Part shown: positions 56,292-64,000 of the stretch, one piece after another
Position numbering within the stretch: position 1 is the stretch's first letter
How the letters are laid out: every line of letters begins with the position of its first letter
Assembly: GCA_905215385.1 (NCBI GenBank)
Contig: CAJMPY010000006.1
Span: 5,292 to 69,291, forward strand
Direction: 5' to 3'
Source: an uncultured bacterium
GTDB taxonomy: Bacteria > Actinomycetota > Coriobacteriia > Coriobacteriales > Coriobacteriaceae
Length of the DNA: 64,000 nucleotides
Position numbers and translations under genes: made by a program
The notes under the pieces: generated by a model
Database searches by the model: none
What the model was told of the DNA's origin: nothing
What the model saw: only the letters and a program-made list of their open reading frames with translations

Positions 56292-56596
56292 GAGTGACCT
56301 CCTTTCAGGTCAGGGAGCCGTCCCCGCTTTCCACACTGGGCGGCTCCTTTTTTGTCTTTCCGGGGCCTCGCCCCCGGCACGGCACCGGTTGGGAACGTCC
56401 CCGCGGATGGTTATTGGAGAGCCGCGGGGCAACGGTGCCGCCCCGGGAGCGGGGCCTGCGGGATGCCTGAGCGGCAATACCCGCGTGTCCGCGTGACGCA
56501 CGCGGTAGGCTTCGGGCCATGATTAGGAGACATCTGACATACCGACCGAGGCACGCGAAGCCGGAGGCGCCCTTCAGGCGCGCCCTCCGGTCGGCG

Positions 56597-56785
56597 CTAG
56601 CGCTTTTTGTGCGCTCCTCCCTCATCGGGACGCTCAGCTGGGCCGCGGGCTTCATCCCCGGCATCCCGGGACTCTTTGCGCAGATAGCGCTTCAGCTCCT
56701 TGACTCGCTCATCGATCAGATGCAGCTTGAGGATGATCGCGAAGCACCACGAGGCTAGGCACCAGAACCCCCAGTCCCCCATCAC
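56597..56785 (-). CDS. small membrane protein
   Basis: 62 aa, N-terminal TM (WGFWCLASWCFAIILKL); TGATG coupling with the upstream gene. Confidence 0.3.
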   Translation of the reverse strand: MMGDWGFWCLASWCFAIILKLHLIDERVKELKRYLRKESRDAGDEARGPAERPDEGGAHKKR

Positions 56786-57063
56786 TGATCGCCGCCCAGG
56801 TAGACTTCCTCTAGGCCGGGCATGTAGACGAGCGAGTTGCCCAGCGTGAAGTAGACTTGCCCGTACAGGGCGAACGTCACGGGCGAGGCGATGTAGTACT
56901 CGGTCCCGTCGAACTCGCCCAGCTTCTCGGTGCCCTTCTCCAAAATCTTGATGTGCTGCTCGTCAGTGAAGCCGAACGTCTGCGAGATACGGAATACGGC
57001 ACTCTTGTCGGTCTCGACGTAGGAGCCGTCGACAAGCTCGAAGTCGTAACGAACCCTCTTCAT
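56782..57063 (-). CDS. hypothetical phage early protein
   Basis: 93 aa. Confidence 0.3.
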   Translation of the reverse strand: MKRVRYDFELVDGSYVETDKSAVFRISQTFGFTDEQHIKILEKGTEKLGEFDGTEYYIASPVTFALYGQVYFTLGNSLVYMPGLEEVYLGGDQ

Positions 57064-57065
57064 CG

Positions 57066-57398
57066 CTACTCACGCCCCTTCTGAAGCTGGTACATGACCC
57101 ACTCGCCCGCAGCGAGGCCCACCTCAACCGGCTGGATGCCGGGGTCGATGGCGTCGGCGGTGTTCATGCAGACCGTGCGCTGGACGTAGGCCATGACCGC
57201 CTCGCCGCGCAGCAGCCCGAGCAGACGGCCGCGGGCGTCGAGGAACGACTCGAAGGCCTCGCGGTGCCAGCCGCCGCCGGCGTCGCACCAGCAGACGATG
57301 GCCTCGACGCCCGCGAAGCCCTGCGGGCACTCGATCTCGAAGGACTTCCCGCGCGCCTCGTACCTGATGTTTTCGTGGCGCATCTTCACGTCTCCCAT
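57066..57398 (-). CDS. hypothetical phage early protein
   Basis: 110 aa. Confidence 0.3.
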   Translation of the reverse strand: MGDVKMRHENIRYEARGKSFEIECPQGFAGVEAIVCWCDAGGGWHREAFESFLDARGRLLGLLRGEAVMAYVQRTVCMNTADAIDPGIQPVEVGLAAGEWVMYQLQKGRE

Positions 57399-57408
57399 GT
57401 CGCCCTCC

Positions 57409-57690
57409 CTAGCGCTCGTCGAGAACCGGGTCGCGGACCAGGTTCTCGAAGTCGGTCGACCAGCCGATGCCGTTGGCGGTGAAGCGCACGGAGGTGTGCA
57501 CGTAGTAGCGCGTGCCCGCGATCTCGGCGCTGTCGAGGTCGCTCTCGACCATGCTCACGGCCCAGTCAGAGAAGCCGAACAGGTGGCAGATGCGGTTCAC
57601 CACCGACTCCGTCGTCTCGCACATGGCGCCGTCGAGGTCCTCGTTCTGCTTGAAGACGACGTGGTAGGGGTAGTTCTTCTTGGTGTTCAT
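57409..57690 (-). CDS. hypothetical phage early protein
   Basis: 93 aa from MNTKKNY; GGAGGG RBS. Confidence 0.35.
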   Translation of the reverse strand: MNTKKNYPYHVVFKQNEDLDGAMCETTESVVNRICHLFGFSDWAVSMVESDLDSAEIAGTRYYVHTSVRFTANGIGWSTDFENLVRDPVLDER

Positions 57691-57841
57691 GTCGCCCTCC
57701 CCTACAGCTCGAAGTCGGAAAAGTCGCGGGCCTCGGCGGGCTCGGCCTCGACCGTGATGGCCTCGGGGACGTTCCAGCCGCCCAGCTCGATGTCGATGTA
57801 GTTCTCGTTCATGGTTCTCTCCGTTTCGTTTGCACCCTAAT

Positions 57842-58045
57842 TTACTTAGGGTCGATACCCAAAAAAATATTGCCGTCAATGCCGAAGTGCTTACCTAGTT
57901 TGTCAGCCATCGTAGCCGTAAGCTTGTCCGCTTGTGCATCCTCGATGGCTGTAAGCGTCGGCTCGGTAACTCCCAAAGCTGCGGCGATTTCCTTTTTCTG
58001 GAATCGCTTGGCCCCCGCTTCTCGAAACTCCTTAAGGTTCTGCAT
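57842..58045 (-). CDS. Cro-like HTH regulator
   Basis: 67 aa, FQKKEIAAALGVTEPTLTAIE HTH; divergent from the cI-like gene; GGAGG RBS. Confidence 0.6.
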   Translation of the reverse strand: MQNLKEFREAGAKRFQKKEIAAALGVTEPTLTAIEDAQADKLTATMADKLGKHFGIDGNIFLGIDPK

Positions 58046-58162
58046 CCGTTCCTCCTTTCGTTGACCTAATCATAATCTAATTTGGGTCGAACCACAATTA
58101 CTTTTTTCTTTAAACCAAAATTATTTTTGCTTAGGATAAAAGCGACCCAGTTAGGAGGCACT
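58046..58162. promoter_or_regulatory. cI/cro divergent promoter-operator region with GGGTCGA-type repeats
   Basis: ttGGGTCGAacc (58082-58093) and inverted aGCGACCCag (58141-58150), plus a third copy taGGGTCGAtacc at 57846-57859; TTGACC -35-like hexamer at 58061; AT-rich. Confidence 0.5.
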
Positions 58163-58795
58163 ATGGAATTTGGTGAGAAGCTTCGGTCGCTACGCATAAA
58201 AGCAGGATTGACCCAGCTAGACATCGCCGAAAAGCTCGACGTGTCAGCAGCGGCCATCGGAGCATGGGAAAACGGTCGGGCAAAGCCTCGCCTAACCAAG
58301 TTAGGGCAGCTTGCCGAACTTCTTGGAACGAGCGCAGCCGACCTAATGGGAGAGACCCCGGAGCCCGTGCGCCCCAACGGCGCCCAGTACGTGACTCTGC
58401 CCGTGCTCGTCGCCGGGCACGCAGGCGAGTTCACCGATGAATTCGGTCCCGACGAGGTCGCTGACGTGCCGATCTCAGTCCTCGAGCGCGTCAACGATCC
58501 GGACGCCTACCTCATGCGCGTGCGCGGCTCATGCATGAATCGCAGGTTTGCCGACGGCGAGAACGCACTACTCTCCCCCAGGTGCGAACCGCGCAACGGC
58601 GACGCCGTGGCGGCCGAGTACAACGGCGAGATGATCCTTAGAAGCTACTACCGCGGGGCGTCGACCCTCGTGCTGTCGCCGGACAGCTACGAGGACGGCT
58701 ACACCGACATAGTGTTCGACGATCCGGAGAACGCCAGCGTGAGCTTCCGCGGCGTCGTCAAGTGGCACCAGGCCAGCGAGGTCAAGAGGTATTAG
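58163..58795 (+). CDS. phage repressor (CI-like): XRE HTH plus S24 LexA-type peptidase domain
   Basis: LRIKAGLTQLDIAEKLDVSAAAIGAWENG HTH; GSCM (Ser) and a downstream Lys of the S24 fold; AGGAGG RBS. Confidence 0.8.
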   Translation: MEFGEKLRSLRIKAGLTQLDIAEKLDVSAAAIGAWENGRAKPRLTKLGQLAELLGTSAADLMGETPEPVRPNGAQYVTLPVLVAGHAGEFTDEFGPDEVADVPISVLERVNDPDAYLMRVRGSCMNRRFADGENALLSPRCEPRNGDAVAAEYNGEMILRSYYRGASTLVLSPDSYEDGYTDIVFDDPENASVSFRGVVKWHQASEVKRY

Positions 58796-58813
58796 AGACA
58801 GAAAGGCGAACCG

Positions 58814-60103
58814 ATGGCTTTCAGGGACATGTTCAAGGCGACCGAGTACAAGCAGCGGGTAGAGGAGCTCGAGTCCATGCTCACGCCGGAGATGGCGGAC
58901 GCGGATAGGCTCAGGCGCGAGGCCGAGGACCTCAGGAAGAAAATCGAGGAGGAGAAGGCCTCGCTCGAGAAGCTGGAGAAGCAGAACGGCAAACTGGATG
59001 CCATCGTCAAGGAAAAGGAGTCCAAGTCGCGCGTCCTCGATGACGAGCTGCTGGTCGAGGAGTTCGGCCTGTACCGCCCACGCTTCGACTTCGCCGACTC
59101 GACTCACTACAAGGACGCCCTCGACCGATGCCGCAGGAAACAGAAGGAGGCCGTCAAGAGCTTCAGCAAGGCCGCGGACAAGACGTCCTGGACGGTTAAC
59201 GGCAGCGCCTCGAAGGGCAAGGCGATGGTCCGCGAAATCTCGAAGCTGCTCATGATGGCGTACAACGGCGAGTGCGACGAAATCGTGCGCAAAGTCAAGG
59301 CGACCAACGTCGAGCGCTCGCTCGAGAGAATCGAGAAGTCGGCCGCAGCCATCAACCGCAACGGCAAGACCCTCGGCATATCCATCCCCGCCGCATACGT
59401 CCTCCTCAAGCAGGAGGAGGTCCAGCTGGCCTTCGAGTTCGCACAGGAGAAAGAGGAGGAGAAGGAGGCGCTGCGCGAGGCCCGCGAGCAGGAGCGCGAG
59501 GCCCGGAAGCTCGAGCGCGAGATAGCGGCCGAGCGCAAGAAGCTCGAGAAGGAGCGCTCCCAGTACCTCAAGGCGTACAAGGACATCTCGGCACGCCTGA
59601 AGGATGCCGGCGACGACGAGCGCGCCGATCTCGAGGAGAAGGCCGCGGAGCTCAAGGCGAAGCTCGACGACGTGGACAGGGCAGTGTCGGATGTCGATTA
59701 CCGAGAGGCGAACCAGAAGGCAGGCTTCGTATACGTAATCTCAAACATCGGCTCATTCGGTGAGGGCGTCTACAAGATCGGGATGACGAGGCGCCTTGAG
59801 CCGATGGACCGCATCCGCGAGCTCGGAGACGCGTCCGTCCCGTTCAATTTCGACGTGCACGCGCTCATCTTCTGCGATGACGCCCCGAAGCTCGAGGCGG
59901 CGCTGCACCGGGCCTTCGAGGACAGGAAGGTGAACATAGTCAACCAGCGCAGGGAGTTCTTCCGCGTGTCGCTCGATGAGATCGAGGAGGTCGTCAAGGC
60001 GAACTACGACAAGACCGTCGAGTTCCACAGCGTGCCCGACGCCGAACAGTACCGGACGAGCGAGAAGTTGCGCGAGAGGGGCATTTTCCACCCGCTCGCC
60101 TAA
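58814..60103 (+). CDS. DUF4041 plus T5orf172-domain protein (defence/abortive-infection-associated family) in the lysogeny module
   Basis: Long N-terminal coiled coil; C-terminal GFVYVISNIGSFGEGVYKIGMTRRLEPMDRIRELGDASVPFNFDVHALIF matches the T5orf172/GIY-YIG-like signature. Confidence 0.65.
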   Translation: MAFRDMFKATEYKQRVEELESMLTPEMADADRLRREAEDLRKKIEEEKASLEKLEKQNGKLDAIVKEKESKSRVLDDELLVEEFGLYRPRFDFADSTHYKDALDRCRRKQKEAVKSFSKAADKTSWTVNGSASKGKAMVREISKLLMMAYNGECDEIVRKVKATNVERSLERIEKSAAAINRNGKTLGISIPAAYVLLKQEEVQLAFEFAQEKEEEKEALREAREQEREARKLEREIAAERKKLEKERSQYLKAYKDISARLKDAGDDERADLEEKAAELKAKLDDVDRAVSDVDYREANQKAGFVYVISNIGSFGEGVYKIGMTRRLEPMDRIRELGDASVPFNFDVHALIFCDDAPKLEAALHRAFEDRKVNIVNQRREFFRVSLDEIEEVVKANYDKTVEFHSVPDAEQYRTSEKLRERGIFHPLA

Positions 60104-60337
60104 AGACTCGGCTACACCGCCGACGCCGTTCTCTACACCGCGAACGTAGGGCGAGATTCCATGCGTCTACATCTAGGGAGGTGATGCCCATGAAAGCAAA
60201 AAATCTCGGGACCGCAGGCTGATGCCGCGGCCCCGAGACTAAGGAGACGGCCCCTGCACTTTGGAACGTGAGACGGGGCCGGAGTCAGAACCGGGCGAAA
60301 CGGAGAATAAGCCCGCGATCTGAACGGATCTGATTAT

Positions 60338-61465
60338 ATGACAAAGAAGCAGCGCCGCCGCGTCTGGGGCTCCGTGACCGAGATGAGGCGCGGCAAGAAG
60401 TACGTCCTGCGCTGGATGCAGAACACGCCGCAAGGCCGCAGGCGCAAGACCAAGACCGTGTACGGCACCTACCGCGAGGCGTGCGCGGAACTCGACCGCA
60501 TCCACGTCGAGCACGCCGACGACGCGCCCGTGCCCACCATAGCCAAGGCCTACGAGACGTGGCTCGTCCCCAAGATGGCCGCACAGGTCGAGGCGGGGAC
60601 GCTCGCCCCCAACACCCGCGACCTCGTGCTGCGCTCGTGGAGAAACTACGTCGGACCCCGCTGGGGCGCAATGCCCGTCGACCAGCTGCGCGCCGTCGAG
60701 CTGCAGGACTGGCTGCTGACACTTCCCGCCGCCACCGCCGATACCGCCCTGCTCACCCTGCGCAAGGTCTACGCCTGCGTCTCGACCTTCATCCGCCTGC
60801 CGCTCGACCCGTTCGCCGCCAGCGTCAGGTACACCATGCCCACCCGCAAGACCCGCGAGCGCTCAAAGCGCGTCTACACCCTCGACGAGGCCCTGGGCGT
60901 CCTCGACGCACTGCGCGGCAACCCCCTGGAGCCCGCGTTCATCCTCGCGTGCTTCGGCTCCTGCCGCTCGGGCGAGTCGCTGGGCGTGCGCACCGAGGAG
61001 GTACTGCGCTGGGAGCGTAGCGGCACCGTCCTCGCCTCCGCCGACATCTGCCGCCAGATGCAGCAGTCCGGCACCGAGCCGGTGGGTGCCCTCAAGACCG
61101 CCAAGTCCGCCCGCACCGTCGTGATCCTGCCGCAAGCCGCCGACCGCCTCGTCGAGATAGCGGCCTCGCGCGCCGCCGAGGGCCGCGAGTGGCTGAGCGA
61201 CCGGGGCGACGGGCTGCCCATGAACCGCAGCATTTGCAACGACCGCTGGCGGAAACTCTGCGCCGCCCGCGGCATCGAGCACATCCCGTGGTCAAACCTC
61301 CGCAACTCGTGGCGTACGATAGCGGAGGTCGAGCTTCGCCTGCCGTGGGACCTCATAGAGATGCTGATGGGCCACGCCCTCCCCGGCGTGTCGGGACGGC
61401 ACTATATCCGCCCCACCGCCGAGCAGGTCGTCCGCGCCGCCCTCGACGCGCTTGGGATAAGTTAG
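60338..61465 (+). CDS. int: tyrosine-type site-specific integrase
   Basis: C-terminal catalytic region with R...HxxR...Y (LRNSWRTIA...MLMGHA...GRHYIRP); last gene before host DNA. Confidence 0.85.
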   Translation: MTKKQRRRVWGSVTEMRRGKKYVLRWMQNTPQGRRRKTKTVYGTYREACAELDRIHVEHADDAPVPTIAKAYETWLVPKMAAQVEAGTLAPNTRDLVLRSWRNYVGPRWGAMPVDQLRAVELQDWLLTLPAATADTALLTLRKVYACVSTFIRLPLDPFAASVRYTMPTRKTRERSKRVYTLDEALGVLDALRGNPLEPAFILACFGSCRSGESLGVRTEEVLRWERSGTVLASADICRQMQQSGTEPVGALKTAKSARTVVILPQAADRLVEIAASRAAEGREWLSDRGDGLPMNRSICNDRWRKLCAARGIEHIPWSNLRNSWRTIAEVELRLPWDLIEMLMGHALPGVSGRHYIRPTAEQVVRAALDALGIS

Positions 61466-61560
61466 GATATTCCCCCGCAAAGCCGCAGGTAGATGGCACG
61501 CAGTTAGTTGTGGCAGTACTAAATAGCCAGTAACCTGCCAAAAAGAGACAGGCTACCTTG

Positions 61561-61635
61561 CACCAAAAACCGTCGCAACATTCGATGAAAATCGTGCAAA
61601 CGCAAAAAATCATTAAATGTTGCGACGGTTTGATT
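61561..61635. terminator. 15-bp perfect inverted repeat (aaaccgtcgcaacat ... atgttgcgacggttt) with a 45-nt loop between the convergent int and pentapeptide-repeat genes; possible bidirectional terminator
   Basis: Read from the sequence; T-rich tract follows on both strands. Confidence 0.35.
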
Positions 61636-61667
61636 TTAGATAGCGGTCGAGCAAAGGACCAGAGCGC

Positions 61668-62279
61668 CTATTCGTCGGCGAGTTGAATTCCCAACAAACC
61701 CGAGAGTGCCAGCGCCTGCTCGGCATTGACCGTCAAGCCACGCAACTCATGGTAATCGCCCGAAACAACGGGCGCTGCAAATGTACAGCGCGACACATCA
61801 ACGCCGGAAAGCGACGTCTTGAACACATCAACACGCGTCAGGTCACAGCCATCCAGGCGTATCTGACCCAGCTTGGCACCCTGAAACGCGGCCTCGGTCA
61901 AACGCGTGTCATGCGCAGCCATGGGGCCAATGCGTCCCTCCGAAAGGTTCGCATAGCTCAAATCGCACGATGTAAACGACACGCTCGACAGACGCGCCCT
62001 GAGCAAGTTGAGCCCCGGCGCCGAGCAGTCAACGAAGTCGCAGCGGTTGAGCCAGCAGCCTTCCATGTTGCAGCGAATAAAGCGGCAACCGCGAAACACC
62101 ACGTCGCGAAACGTCGAGCCGCTCCAGTCAACGCTATCGAACTCGCAAGATCGGAACACGACGCCATCGAAGGTCGCGCCGTTCGCCACGTCGCAGGCAA
62201 GATCCAAATCCTCAAAAGCGGTATTGGAGACGAGCTCATCGCCCTCGGCAAAGAGGTCGATGAGCTCGTCCATGCCCAT
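61668..62279 (-). CDS. pentapeptide-repeat protein
   Basis: Consecutive A(D/N)LxG-type pentapeptides (CDLSYANLSEG, CDFVDCSAPGLNL...). Confidence 0.7.
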   Translation of the reverse strand: MGMDELIDLFAEGDELVSNTAFEDLDLACDVANGATFDGVVFRSCEFDSVDWSGSTFRDVVFRGCRFIRCNMEGCWLNRCDFVDCSAPGLNLLRARLSSVSFTSCDLSYANLSEGRIGPMAAHDTRLTEAAFQGAKLGQIRLDGCDLTRVDVFKTSLSGVDVSRCTFAAPVVSGDYHELRGLTVNAEQALALSGLLGIQLADE

Positions 62280-62358
62280 ATGGCAGCCAATCCGTTCGTT
62301 TACCCGGGCAAAACCACCACAAAGGTGCCTGCCCCCTTTGCGGTGGCTTGGGGTCGCG

Positions 62359-63018
62359 CTACTCACCGAGCATCTCTTGGAGCTTGGCTGCCACGGCATG
62401 TCCCAAGCTCTCGTGGCTTTCGGGCATCATATGCAGATAGTCGATATCGCCCGGCTCGGCAAACTCGGCGGCATTCAAAAAGTCGCAGCCAAACTGCTCG
62501 GCCACGTGCGCATAGTACTCGCCAAAATGTTCAGATGCCTCGACGGAACGCTCGTCAAAATCGGTCATATATACATCGGCGATCTGCGGCTTGATCTTGA
62601 TAGGAGCCATCAGCAGGATGCGCGGGCGAGGCGCAGCGTCGGTCCACGGAAACGCGCGGACGGCGCGAATCAGCGCCATGGCGCCACGGGCGATATCGGA
62701 AGCTGTCACGTTAAAGACCGTCTTACAGTCGTTGGTGCCCAGCATGATCACAATGGCGTCCAGCGGCTTATGAGCCTCGAGCAGCATCGGAAGCGCGCGA
62801 ATGCCGTTGAGGTTAGTGTCCAGATGGCACATGTCGTCGCGTACCGTCGTGCGGCCGTTGAGGCCTTCTTCAATTACATGCCAGCCCTCGCCTAAGTCAC
62901 GTTGGACCACGCCACACCAGCGCACATCCTGCGCATAGCGCACCGCGGTACCGTCGCGCATGCCCGCCGGATCGTAACCATAGGTGTTGCTGTCACCAAA
63001 GCACAGAACGTTTTTCAT
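62359..63018 (-). CDS. SGNH/GDSL-family hydrolase
   Basis: MKNVLCFGDSNTYGY (GDS block I), GTND block and DxxH C-terminal block; GGGGAG RBS. Confidence 0.75.
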   Translation of the reverse strand: MKNVLCFGDSNTYGYDPAGMRDGTAVRYAQDVRWCGVVQRDLGEGWHVIEEGLNGRTTVRDDMCHLDTNLNGIRALPMLLEAHKPLDAIVIMLGTNDCKTVFNVTASDIARGAMALIRAVRAFPWTDAAPRPRILLMAPIKIKPQIADVYMTDFDERSVEASEHFGEYYAHVAEQFGCDFLNAAEFAEPGDIDYLHMMPESHESLGHAVAAKLQEMLGE

Positions 63019-63096
63019 CGTAAGCTCCCCACTCAATAAAAAGCCGACAGGAGCAGCCTCTCCCGTCGGCTCGGTATATCGCATCACGAGCACCGT

Positions 63097-64000
63097 TTAC
63101 AGGTACTTGCGCCAGTCGTCGTCATCCTCGTCATCCTCGGCAGCGGTCTGAGCCTGCTCGGCGGCACGGGCGGCTGCGGCGCGGGCGGCAACCTGAGCAT
63201 AGGACTCCTCGTTTTGCTCGGGGAAGTTTGCCAGCACGTGCTCGAATTTGGCGAAGTCCTCGTCCCAGCGCGTAGAGGGCACGGCAAAGAAGACCTGCTT
63301 GACCTTGAAGTCGCCCGATGCGAGCTCCTTGCGGAAGAGCTCGGCCACGGCCTCTGCGTCAAAGCCGTTGTTCTCGCAGCCCCAAGCACCCAGTACGAGC
63401 TTCTCGCGGCCAAGCTCATCGCAGATAGCAAGCACAAAGCGAATGCGGTCGCGCAGGGCGTCAAGCAAGGCATCGTCGCTCACGCGGTACTCCTGGCGAG
63501 CACGCTTGGCGTTGGGTGCAGCGGCGACGATCACGTCGGCATAGGCGTGCACATGCTTGCGCTCGAAGCGCACCGCGGGCACCACCAGCGCACGGTTGCG
63601 GTACAGCTCACAGTTGATGTTGCGGCGACGGTTCTCACCGTACCATTTACGCTGCTTATCGAGGACGTTGTACAGATACGAATCGGCGCACAGCGTGGCC
63701 TCCTGGCCCAGATAACCCTGAATATATCCACCGCCCGGATTGGTAAACGAGGCAAAGGCGAGCACGGCCATGTCGCAGAACTGCGCATAGCCGCGACCGT
63801 TATCGAGGATTGCCTGCGTGGCGGAGGCATCAAGCACAGTGACCTCGGGCAGGACCGGAGCGGGCTCCTCAGCAGGCGCGGACTCAGCTTCGGCGATTTC
63901 CTCGGCAGGCTCCTCGACGGGCTCGGGCGCCGCCTCGGTCTCGGGCGCCGCCTCGACCTCGGCAGTCTCCGCGTTCTCGACGTCCTCGGCGACCTGCTCT
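63097..64000 (-). CDS. macro-domain-like protein (TIGR02452/DUF2263-like), 5' end probably beyond the window
   Basis: LVLGAWGCENNGFDAEAVAELF motif; the in-frame upstream stretch to 64000 has no stop and encodes an acidic E/P/A-rich segment with no ATG. Confidence 0.45.
   Translation of the reverse strand, partial: EQVAEDVENAETAEVEAAPETEAAPEPVEEPAEEIAEAESAPAEEPAPVLPEVTVLDASATQAILDNGRGYAQFCDMAVLAFASFTNPGGGYIQGYLGQEATLCADSYLYNVLDKQRKWYGENRRRNINCELYRNRALVVPAVRFERKHVHAYADVIVAAAPNAKRARQEYRVSDDALLDALRDRIRFVLAICDELGREKLVLGAWGCENNGFDAEAVAELFRKELASGDFKVKQVFFAVPSTRWDEDFAKFEHVLANFPEQNEESYAQVAARAAAARAAEQAQTAAEDDEDDDDWRKYL

Larger units (their letters stand above)
25098..61472 (-). mobile_element. intact-looking siphovirus-type prophage (about 36 kb) with a DGR cassette; integrase at the right end
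   Basis: Contiguous lysis, tail, head, packaging, replication/recombination and lysogeny modules; flanked by host thiD and a pentapeptide-repeat gene; candidate att cores CTTGGGATA at 25098 and 61451. Confidence 0.75.

Noticed and set aside
56305-56664. 119-aa Arg-rich minus-strand ORF in the early-region gap
   Set aside because: It has no RBS, an extreme R/P/G composition, and it overlaps strongly structured hairpins. It is more likely non-coding.
1-64000. CRISPR arrays, tRNA/rRNA genes
   Set aside because: No regularly spaced short direct repeats with unique spacers were found, and no tRNA-like cloverleaf (GGTTCGAATCC-type T-arm) was found near the att candidates or elsewhere. The only tandem arrays are the 66-bp iterons and short regulatory repeats.

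Overview
This window is high-GC, Actinobacteria-like chromosomal DNA. The codon usage and gene content fit a Coriobacteriia-type organism, but that taxonomic guess has low confidence.

Positions 1 to about 25,100 and about 61,470 to 64,000 carry ordinary host genes. From the left these are a trpS 3' fragment, two Cof-type HAD hydrolases, an MGMT-family protein, an MFS transporter, an SPFH protein, two paralogous XRE-type regulators fused to a transmembrane domain, a cysteine desulfidase-family protein, rpiB, ndk, argH, argG, polA, an M18 aminopeptidase, yaaA, and a TPP-riboswitch-controlled thiC followed by thiD. On the right are a pentapeptide-repeat protein, an SGNH hydrolase and a macro-domain-like protein.

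Between about 25.1 kb and 61.5 kb lies a complete siphovirus-type prophage of roughly 36 kb. Its structural and lysis genes are on the minus strand, and it is bounded on the right by a plus-strand lysogeny module (cI-like repressor, a DUF4041/T5orf172 defence-type gene, tyrosine integrase). From right to left the phage carries Cro and early genes, RusA, RecT, a DUF1351-like protein, SSB, a replication protein with internal iterons, small and large terminase subunits, portal, an inserted cassette, a MuF-like head-morphogenesis protein, scaffold, major capsid protein, head-tail connectors, major tail protein, tail chaperones with a -1 frameshift, tape measure, tail and fibre proteins, holin and a secreted amidase endolysin.

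The most notable element is a diversity-generating retroelement (DGR) inserted in the head module. It consists of a reverse transcriptase (40785-41816, YADD motif), a 113-bp template repeat (41974-42086) and a cognate 113-bp variable repeat (42187-42299). The variable repeat sits at the 3' end of a 545-aa target gene. Of the 18 TR/VR mismatches, 17 fall on template adenines of the sense strand, and the template contains five AAC codons.

Other signals worth a second look:
- The MuF head protein carries a C-terminal RadC-like JAB domain, and a small, lower-GC, acidic gene follows it.
- A 66-bp tandem iteron array lies inside the replication gene.
- GGGTCGA operator repeats lie in the cI/cro intergenic region.
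- A 33-bp perfect inverted repeat with a nested palindrome lies between convergent host genes.
- A roughly 500-bp AT-rich island lies upstream of the second HAD gene.
- Repeat arrays lie upstream of both XRE/TM regulators.
- Candidate att cores share the 9-mer CTTGGGATA.

All coordinates for features outside the supplied ORF track were derived by eye from the formatted sequence and may be off by a few bases.
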